Source of the DNA: Balanoglossus misakiensis
Taxonomy: Eukaryota; Animalia; Hemichordata
Direction: 5' to 3'
NCBI GenBank assembly: GCA_040954595.2
Contig: CM082581.2
Location: 13,961,921-14,025,920 of the forward strand
DNA length: 64,000 nucleotides
Shown one piece after another: positions 51,601-64,000 of the stretch (position 1 is its first letter; each line of letters opens with the position of its first letter). A program made the translations under genes and the position numbers. Under the pieces are notes generated by a model. The model did not search any database. It was not told the DNA's origin and saw only the letters and a list, made by a program, of their open reading frames with translations.

Positions 51601-53915
51601 CATTGAAGCTGCCCATGTTGAGGAAAAGAAGAGTTTGGATCTGGCAAGAAGGAAAGACCTTCAGGTATAGGCTTTGTGTTTCTGTGTTATCGAGTCTAAT
51701 GTTAGCACTACTGCACCGTACAGTGAAACCTGTTCAAAGTGAACACTTTCCTTGTTGATTTGATTTCGAAGCAGACAGCTCTCACAACGATCACAAGCTT
51801 GGTCTGTCTGAAATTTATGATTTCATATGTTAATTTGCCGTGTTTTGCATTTTTCAGAGTCTTGAAGAAAGAATGCAGAAGACCCATGAAGAAGAATTGA
51901 ATGAACATCTTCTGGCCAACAAAGTTGCTGTGGAAACAGCCAGGAGTGAAGCCGAAAAAAGACGACTAGGAGATATTGATGATTTGAATATTCACCACCA
52001 ACATTTAAGTGGTCAGTTTCATGTTATGGTCTTGCTCTAGTCATAGTTAAACAAGAGTCTGATTCATTTCTCACTAATGAATTTTCATAAATGTATTTTT
52101 ATTTTGTGAATATGATGCTGTGAAGTGTTGAATCATGAATTTTGTCAACTGTTTCATCTGCAGAGAAAATGAAAACTGAGCAAACAAAGAGACACATGGC
52201 AGAGTTGGATCAGCTGGCTAGAGCTCACAAAACACAGATGGCTGCTGTCAAGATGGAACTGGAAAGAGCTATTGAACTGAAGGGGAGACAGGTGAGGTCT
52301 TTAAGGCTTCACTTTGGCTTTGTGCAAAGATGACAGTTCGGATACCTAGAGATGCAGCTGAATTTTCAGAGAAATCGATATGTTTGGACCATACATGTAC
52401 CATAGTGGTGAAAGGTTGAATTTACTTGGAAGTATAATCCCCCTTTCTTCCTGACTTCACAGGAGAGGGAACATCGAGATAAAGTGGCAGATCTTCAAGA
52501 CGACCTTAGACACAGAGAACGACATATCGACAATGTTGAGGCTGACATCAGAGATATGAAGGAGAATATCGCTAAGCTCAATAAAGAATTGGAGTTCAAA
52601 GGTCAAGAAATCCTGCGTATTCGGAGTGAGACAAATGCTAAACTAAGGTAAATTTCCATTCATTTTCTCCTATCTTGCTTTGAATTGTGTCTGCATATAA
52701 AACGTTGGAAAAATATTTGTGTCCTCCTGGGGCAGGAATTGCAATGTGTGGAATACAATCTGAATGATTTCCCTTTGGATTGTTTGAACAGGAAACAAGA
52801 AGCTGAGCTGGCGAAGAAAAAACAGAAAGAGATGGACAAGCTGGCAGCAGAACATTTGAGAGAAACACAAAATATGCTGGGAGAATTTAACAGAGCACAA
52901 GACTTGCTGAAAGATAAAATATCAGCACTTCAGATAATGTAAGTTGAAGTTACTGGGTAGAGAGAGAGGGGGAGGCAGAGACAGACAGACACTGAGACAG
53001 ATTGAGAGACACAGACAGACTGACAGACAGACAGACAAACGAACAAACACTGAGACAGACATACAGCAGAAAAATTCTGAAACAGAAGTCTGTACATGGA
53101 CATGGATGAATGATTTCCTGATGACAAGCAAACTTCAGGAATTGCTGTTGGCACAGTTGATATCTGTTCAGCTTCTTACCACATGTGTGTACTTTGCTAG
53201 GTTGGAGGAAGCAGAAGATCGATATGCCAGACGAGAGTCCAGGCCTGAAGACTTGCAGCTGATTGAACAGTTGAAAGACGCCATAGGAGAGAGAGAGGGT
53301 CTGATGAAACAGCTTTTGGTAAGGATTCAATTTTCAGATTTGATTTTAGTTTTACAGTTGTGTCAAAGTTGGTGGTATTCAGATTGCGTTTGGAAAATAT
53401 GAAACTATCGAGTGAATGGTGTATTAACTGATCTGTGTTTTGTTTCTTGTTTTGATAGGATGAGAAGCGTTATTACCAGATGGAACTCGTCAACCGGGAA
53501 ACTAACTTCAACAAAGTTTTCAATGCCAATCCTAATGTTGGGGTGCTGAATCCATTGGCTGTTGGCAAGGTTTGTTTGCTTTGTTGTGGGCATTGTAGCA
53601 TGCTACGTCAGAGAATGTAATAAACTGTTGGCATTTCACCCCAAAACATGGTATTTACTGCAATTGCCTTTGTCTTGTTTTGTTTTACAGAAGAAGAAAG
53701 GAAGTGTTGGTACGATGGGTGGAAGTAGCAACCAGCTTGGTGAGAAGATGGCACAGAGATATGTCAGTGCACCTAGTTTGAACACACTCAGTGCTTCCAA
53801 ATTAGAACCACTGCGAGCCTCACCTATGCATGATAGACAGCTGAACCCAAACAGACCTTTGCAAGACACACATCACGTGAACCCAAGGCCCCCACCTAAA
53901 AAATTCTTGCAATAA
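45668..53915 (+). CDS. FAM184A: FAM184A/B-like coiled-coil protein (multi-exon)
   Basis: Signature DLHLKMSKKIAQLTK|VIYALNTKNDEHE across exons 45668-45802 and 48000 onward. Long coiled coil; C-terminal RESRPEDL and YYQMELVNRETNFNKVFNANPNVGVLNPL; TAA at 53913-53915. Confidence 0.92.
52958..53066. repeat. Imperfect (GA)/(GACA)n simple repeat in FAM184 intron
   Basis: agagagag...gacagacagacagac tract. Confidence 0.8.
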
Positions 53916-56909
53916 ATGGAATTTTCCATTTTTTTATTTCTGTTCAAAATGTGCTACCATATTTCTGAAAGTTCTTCCAGATATTTTTTATCACACTTTG
54001 ATATTTTATGTCAGATATTTTTTTAACAAATGAGACGCTGACCAAGTGTTTGAACCAGATTAGATTTGAAAAAGTCATAAATTAATGTTTCATCTTTCTG
54101 ATACTTGACAGGGTGAGATTTCTCTGTTACAACATTTTCACCTGTATCTGATTATCATGTTCGAAGTGAACAGACAAGTTTTCAAATTAGCCCTGTCGAC
54201 ATAATTATGATGGAACGGTGGAAAAAGTTGAATTGGGCAATTCGCTATGTCTGTCTCAATACCTTGCATCATGTTGAAATCATCAAAAGTGTGGTATCAG
54301 TTTATGTACATCTTAGTTTATGAATTGTTTTGTATCATATTGCTTCTGTGAATTTGATTTTATGGTTAACTTGTATCGCTATCAAATGCTTTTACTGCAG
54401 AATAGAACTGACTAGTTTTAACCAGATCAGCTAAAACTAATCCGCAGGATAGTTAACACAGAGCCACTGTCCAATAAAAGAGTGACATGCAATGTCATCT
54501 TGAAATGCTGTGTGCAAAAGACAAGGAGTTGTTTTTAACGATTGACAGTTCAGTTGGTTGTGTAAAAACCAAGACTTACAAAATATTGTACATATATAAT
54601 TGTACATGGAGTGGTATTTTTTTTTTTTTTTTTTGTAAATAAGACACTGGAATCACAGCCAAGGCGTAGTGTATTAGCCATTATCCACACAACTTCCCTT
54701 TATCCAAACCGGATAATTGATTGCCAAATCTTGGGAGTGCCAAAATTAACCCTTATTGAACAATATGGTGGAACAAGGAAGTCAGGTAGGCATTATCAGT
54801 TTACATATTTCACCGCGGAACAAATATCTGACATAATTTTGGATAGATTCACAGTGTGTGTGAGTTGCACATGTCTTAAATATTGAAGTTGTATTTGGCT
54901 TGAATCATATTATGGTGGTGATAGGGTGAAATCATCACCAGTTGAAAGATTTTCGCTTGCAGGCAATGAAGTGAACATGTTACATTTCAGTTTGAGTGTG
55001 CCTTTCTCCATTGATTTCCCTTGTTAAATTTTGGTAAATAAGGAGTGATTTCTCCCTGGCTCTTATCACTATCAGAGGTGTAGAATCACACGCCCAGGAG
55101 ACTATAACTGTACATAAAACTTTGTGTAGGATTTATATTTATTTGATGGAGTCCTGTGGCTAAGAGGAGCTACACAGCTTGTACAGACATTTTTATGATT
55201 TTGTGGTGTACATGTAAATAATGTATGTTCATACCAATAAATATGTATTGTATTTCATAACATTGGAACTGAGGATGATGTGTATGGACTTTCAAATAAT
55301 TTTAATTAGTGTTCCATCTCTGAAGTATAATTTTTTTAATGAATTTGAGTAGAAAAATGACTTGTGAGACAAATCCGTGACCTTTTACAAGGACATGAAC
55401 CCTGTGCTGCACCTGTGAACCGTTCGTGAATCGGGATGAATAATTTACATAAATTAACATAACAAGAAGATGTACCGTTACATGCACGTGGGAGCCCGAC
55501 AAGTTGCGTTTTCCGACACAAAGTTACGATATTAGCGCTTATTTGGACTGGATATATAGTTTTTAAACAAACCATTGATGTCCTATTATCTTGACTGAAA
55601 TGGTACCTGGAATTCGCGATAAAATGTGACTCAGCAATTCCGTTCGATCGATGTGAAGTTTCCGTGGATATCATCAGCACACGTGTCACTGTGTTACTTG
55701 TATTGCTGGCTGTTCTGTTTCGTACTCGTTATTTCGGATATAATTCCTGCTGAGATGTTGGTAAGTTTGTTATTTTATCTTCTAGCTACAAGTGTTCATC
55801 ATTTTCATGACCTGAAACACAGTGACTGTGTCTGAAACATGCGTGATATTGATGCTTGAAATGTACATGTTGCAACTACCTGTAGAGTTCGTTCACCTGT
55901 ACCTGGTCGTAGTTTTCTCAAAGTTGTCCGTCGACATCCCTTTGCACTGCAGCTACGGCTTGTACATCGGATACCGTTGCTGGTTATCACGCGCTCCGGT
56001 GAAATACATGTGCTCTAAGCTGCTTTGGTGACATTACAGTTTAACACGTATTTTTTGCTCGCTGTCGCCTTGTAGCAGACGACAAAATTTGGGGTGTGCG
56101 CAGCTGAGACGAGATTGAATAATGTAGCTTTAATGTAACGATTGTTATGTGGATGTTAACGGAAAAATCTCACATCCTCAAATTCACGATATAAAAGTAC
56201 GTATTTCATTCACGCTAAACGTGACATGACACAAATATTTTTCTCACTGTCGCCTTGCATTGCCTTGCTTGCAGCAGACGACAAAATGGAGGCTCGTGCC
56301 TCTGTCACGTGATTGAATATCTCGGTACAAAGAACGGTTTCCATTTACCCTATAAAACGTACATTGAACAACACTATTATTCATGGAGATAGTTTATTAT
56401 ACTACTTTTCTCACTGGCTATGTTTTTCGTTTTCCACAAATGAACACTAGTTGCCATGGTGCTACTTGGCTCAGGTTTATTGCTCCAGAAGTGTGCCCTC
56501 ACAACCAATCTTTACAAGCTTGATCTTCAGGTTCATTGTTGATAATATTTGAATTTTAAACAGAGACAGTATCTTCTGGCTTCAATGTAGAAGCTAATGG
56601 GAAGTTTTCTGGTGTTTTACAACAGCATTGTAAGGTATAAAATCAGGGCAGGCAAACTGATCCGTCTCACACAGCTGGTAGGGATTTCTTACACTGACTA
56701 TAGTGGGCATTATTTCAAGGAGGAGGAGAGACAGAATGAGAACACATCATTTGCTGTTTCACCAATGAAAGCACGTTTATTGTGATCATAAACCAATATT
56801 TTTGGCCTCACTGGTCAAAACTGTACATTATGTCACTGCACAGAGTGACCGTGGTTAAAGTCCATGGGTGTAACCTAGTTTCAAACTGTCATGTTCTGAC
56901 ACCACTTGA

Positions 56910-59900
56910 CTAAGGTGTAAATGTTAAGTCCATGGGAGCGACCCGACTAGAGACAGGTGTATTCTCATTGGCTGATATCGTTGGCTTGCTGGATTCTGAT
57001 TGGCTGTCAGATGCATTGGCGGGTGATTCTGCTGCTGCTCTAAGATTGGATATCTGGTGAAGAATGGATTTCCCGTCTTCCTTTGTCTGGAGAGGAAATG
57101 AGTAATCAAAACTTGAATGTGTTGTACCAGAAAAACATTTGAATGAGTTGTATATGCTATCTACAAAGTCAGCCACAAATGTGGCACAAAATACAGGCCA
57201 TGCACAGTCATCTTACCTCGTTGTGTGCACAGCATTTGTGAGCATAGCTACTGGCTTCTTCAAGTCTGTTTTTCTTGAGGTAATAATTTGCTAGGAACAG
57301 ATAGGCATGGCATCTATCTTCTGTTTCTATGGTCTGTGAATAATGAGATCATAATTAATAAGCATTTGGTGTCAGCTGAGAATGTTATTCTTTATTGGCC
57401 CCCTTGAACTAGAGCTATGCATCTATTTCAGTCAATGAAGACATCTAATCGATCATCTGGTTATCAAAATCTGTGTTCAGCCATTGTGTATTACACAGAC
57501 ATCTTCAGATAGTATATTTTGTGCTGGACTTACTCCCATAATCTCTGCTTGCTCAACAAACTTGGTATAGAAGGTGGCTGCCTGGTCCTCTTCTTTCAGA
57601 TTTTCATGCAATCTGGGGAAATCAATATTAGTAGGAAACTTAGAAAGATAGATTAACTTCTGCCACTAGTCACTTGGTGTGCAGTAGCAAATGCTTTGAA
57701 ATGAAATATGTGAGATACTTGTAGATGAAATAATTATGCTTCCATGTTGCAAACACATCACAATGGCATTCTGAGTACAGAATACATGTACACTGTCTTG
57801 CTCTTTGTTGAAAGCGCCCTCTTGAGGCAAAGTCACTCTTTACTAGTTCAGCCTGTCAACTATAGATAGATAAACCCTGGGCATTTGATGCAAAGCAGCA
57901 GCACAGACTTACCTGGCTAGCTTTATCAGAGCTTGGCCCTCTGCATCACCCACTGAGTAAGCTCTCCAGTAGCATTTCTTGGCCTCTTGGATTTTCTCAA
58001 GTTTTTCAAAGCTTTCTCCCAGCGCAACTATCATACGTGAATCATTAGGTCTGTAGACAAATCATAGACTACATTTTCATATTATCCATGGAGTATTTTT
58101 ATGCTTCCAAAGACAGTCAGTATGTGTATACATTTCAAACAATGAGTTCATTTTACTTACCTGAGCTGCTGAGCTTGTTTGTAGTAATATAGGCAGTAAA
58201 ATGGCATCTTGAGGATTTCATAGGTTTGCCCTAGACCATACCAAGCTCTGTAGTCGCGGCGATTCACTTCTGTTGATTTGAAAGGAATACAGTTCACATG
58301 TCAGTCGAAGAGATCTCAGAAGTGTTAAGATTGGGAGGTTTTATGTCCTCTGTGAACTCTGACCACTAGTACTGTCATGGGAATGTCTGTGTCTTAATTT
58401 ATCATTCAGATTTCAATTGAGGAGACATTACCTATAGCTTGTCTGTATGCCTGTATAGCAGCCGATGTGTTCTTCATTTCCATATATTCATGTCCCAACA
58501 GAGTCCAGGCTGCCAAGTATTGTGGGTTTAATTTCAATGCTCTCTGGAAATACAGTGCGGCCTTCTCATGCTGTGACCTCAGACTGTAAAAATTACCTGA
58601 ACATTTTACAAAGAAGCGAATTATAAACATCGCATAATTGATTAGAAACACAGAATGCGATTTTTTAATCTCTTTGTCAGGAAGTTCCAAAAAGTGAGTA
58701 GTCTTGCTCCTCATGAATGAAGATATAGACAATTCAATATTACCTATGACATGGGCTGTCTCTACTCTGTATTTATCAATTTCACAACATTTGTGTGCAA
58801 GATATCCCAGTTCTGGTTTCATTTCCTGTGGATGGTATGGATGAGATACATGTATGAAAGTGGTAATACAAAGTACATTGAATATTAACCACAGGGCAGT
58901 TTGAAATCAGAGAATTACACTGCTGTTGCATACCTTGACATAGAGTAAATTAGAATAGATATCCATGTTATCAAGCATAAAAGGATCTGATTGTTGTAAT
59001 TCTTGAAACAGTGTCACTGCTACATCAGCATCTAAAAATAATGAACAAAAATAAGAAAATTTAGGAAATTAAAAATTGTTAAACAATATGTCTTCAATTG
59101 ACAATGGAAGTTTTTTCTCTAGAATACCCATTGTAATCTGACAGATTAACTGAGCTCATTTTCCAGTATACTTACCTCTCAAGTTATGCGTTGCTATGGC
59201 CAACTCGGCTTTCACATAAGTACTTTTATAAAATCCAGTTTCTTTCAGAGTTTCGTATCTCTTCAAAGCTTCTTCATTCATTTGAAGCTCAAGGTATGTG
59301 TGTGCCACAAAGAATTCCTTCATCCAGTGATCAGGCAGAGTCAGTGAAATTAACTGCAATGCAAAAAGTCCCAATATAGATAATAAGGTTTCTGGCTATT
59401 AGGCAGGAAGCAAATACAAGAATGGTTCAATTCAAATCTTGCTATAATGATGTATGTTATCGATATCCCTCTTACCATATCCTTATCTGTGACTAAACTA
59501 GCTAGCTCCATCCATGAACCCCAGTGTAGTGGTGTCAAGTGGATTGCTTCAACTAGCATACTGACAGCTTCTTTGTAGAGTCCAAGTTTCTTCAAAACTA
59601 CACCGTATCTGTAGAGACAACATTGAATGCAGCATAATTTTAGCAACTGTGACAATTCTGTGTTGACATAACATTCAAAGGTATTCAATCTTTATATGTG
59701 TGTTGTGCGCATGAAGGAGAGAGAGAGGGGGTGCTTATAAATCAACTTACAAGTACAAACAGAATCCATCAAGTTCACCCTTGGTATGTCTTTGACTTAG
59801 CTCTATTCTCAGTGTCCTAAGGGATTCATTTTTCAGGTCTGCATATTCCAATGGTCCTAGGGGGTCAGGCATTTCATCATACTTTTTCTTCTCTCCTGAC

Positions 59901-61011
59901 TTAAAAAAAATCCCATTCAAATTTTACTTTACAGCTACATGAATTAATGGCATGCCAATTAAAACACATGGCACAGTACTTAGAATAAATGACCCTTGAA
60001 AAAAAATTGTTTCAAGATAAAATCATGAGGAAAAAAAGAAGATTCCTTCTGGTACTGACACTACCATGCATGAGGAAGGAAAACTACATCAAAAATAGAA
60101 TACTCACCAAGTATCGTGCATAAATGTGAAGGAAGAATGCTCTGTTACTTTTGCATTTCTCAACAAAATATGCTGCTCTGTCATATTCCTTGAGATCAAA
60201 GAAAGATTTGGCTAAAGTGTACTGATCAAACTCCTCTAAAAACTCCTGTGATTAAAAAAAAAACAAAAAAAGCATGAAACTTGGGTGAAATGTACAGTCA
60301 GATTGTTAGTGAATTTCTTAATCAAAGTTTCAATTTCATCATTCAAATAATTATTTGATTTATTCACTTACTTGACTTTCTTCCTCAATTGCTGATGGTT
60401 CTGGTGATGGTTTTGTTGACGACAGAGCAAAAGACAACTGTGCTGCCCTACAATGTACAAATTATTCTGTCAATCTCTTAAATGAAACTAGAAAGCAGAA
60501 GTGTGTCCCCAAAGAGGTCATGGTGGTGTGGACATCTGCTTGAAAGGTTTTGTGTTGTTGTTGTTGTTTGAGTGGGGGGCGGGGTAACCCAATGTTTACC
60601 AACAGAATCTCACAATCACAGATAGAGCCTGAGGGCAATGCTCGCGATTCCACAGAACACGGGGAGGTCACGTCTAATGAATGACGTTCTCCATGGCTTA
60701 GGTTTTACATCTGTCGTGAAAATGCCAATATATCAACGATTGTATTAATATCACAACAAGAAGCCTACCACACAAGTGACCCAATGTCATCTGTCAACTT
60801 TCAATGAGCTTCCAATGAATGAAGTTTGTTTAGCTGTGGCCAGCCAGGCTGATGCGGCGTTTTAGATCTAAAATGACTCTTACCATTTAACGCTATTGAG
60901 AAGTCCCCTCGCACCACACTCTTTGATTGCTACAAGCAGGTCACGTTTTATATTTGGCAGGCTTATGATTTGCGCCGATTGCAGAACACTACTTGTAGAG
61001 AGTGACGCCAT
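56910..61011 (-). CDS. CDC23: Cell division cycle protein 23 / APC8 (TPR subunit of APC/C; multi-exon)
   Basis: Start MASLSTSS...[16 protein letters not shown] exons: [96 protein letters not shown] at 56910-56912. Confidence 0.96.
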
Positions 61012-61338
61012 TTTGATTTCTGGCGGGCTAGCATTTGTTCGGAACTTCTTGTCTCCAAAAAACGTGATTTTATGACCTTGTTTTTCATCGATAAAGAATA
61101 TAAAATTCACCAGCGACCATAACTACATTATGCGTCCGGTCAGGAAACTTCTTTGTCAAAGCAGCGATCCACTTTTGGCATGAAAAGTTCACAGATATTT
61201 TTTTCTTACAAGTGATATAACAAAATCCAATGATGTTCGTTGGTGGCGCACTTCACCATGGACTTGTAACACTTCCGGGTTTGTATGGTGGATGGTCCGG
61301 TTCGTATCATCTGGTTCATCACTTTCAGACACTAGAAA
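61012..61338. promoter_or_regulatory. Bidirectional promoter CDC23/HTRA2
   Basis: Divergent ATGs are 327 bp apart. ETS-type ACTTCCGG at about 61271; YY1-like AAAATGGC at both start codons. Confidence 0.65.
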
Positions 61339-63634
<2,296 letters not shown>

Positions 63635-64000
63635 AAGATCAAAAAGAAATGCTTCATCTTGGCAGATATTTTTTTTATCATAGCTTGGTACCTACTTACT
63701 CTTAACATTTGCCATTTCAATTTCAGTTCTTACAGAGGTCTGTATCACTGATGATAACTTGTTTTTGCCAAAAAAATGGAGATTTTGATATTCTGATTTC
63801 TTCTTGATATGGAGTAAATGTTGCCTTTCAAACGCAATGCTTTCAAAAAGCAGACATTAAAAAATAAATCTATTAAATAAAAAGGTAATACTAGTATCAC
63901 CAAAGTTGATTAAAATGAAGATTTTTTGCCTTGAAGTGTACCTTGTGTGCAAAGTGTGAAAGCTGGTACAGTGTATTCACTTTTCTTGTAAGATTTTATT

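Overview
Intron-rich, AT-rich animal genomic DNA with GT-AG introns. It looks like a marine invertebrate, but the species cannot be determined from the sequence alone. No prokaryotic features are present. Gene order: 3' end of an acidic tail-anchored protein (+); SUCLG1 (-) head-to-head with SNRNP200/Brr2 (+); CFAP43 (-) head-to-head with STARD7 (+); an intronless TRIM-NHL gene (+); FAM184A/B-like (+); CDC23/APC8 (-) head-to-head with HTRA2-like (+). The main non-coding signal is a 150-nt element present in four near-identical copies, one per intron of SNRNP200. It folds as a box H/ACA guide RNA, shows a compensatory base-pair change, and has two pockets matching conserved 18S rRNA sites (SNORA57/U99-like). 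Two further, unrelated H/ACA-like candidates lie in other SNRNP200 introns, so SNRNP200 appears to be a multi-snoRNA host here. Also noted: a cluster of in-frame micro-exons and a GC-AG intron in CFAP43, an RFX/forkhead/DR4 promoter module at FAM184, and an orphan CpG-rich region with a splice donor. rRNA/snRNA target matches use conserved sequences recalled from memory and need checking against this species' own RNAs.
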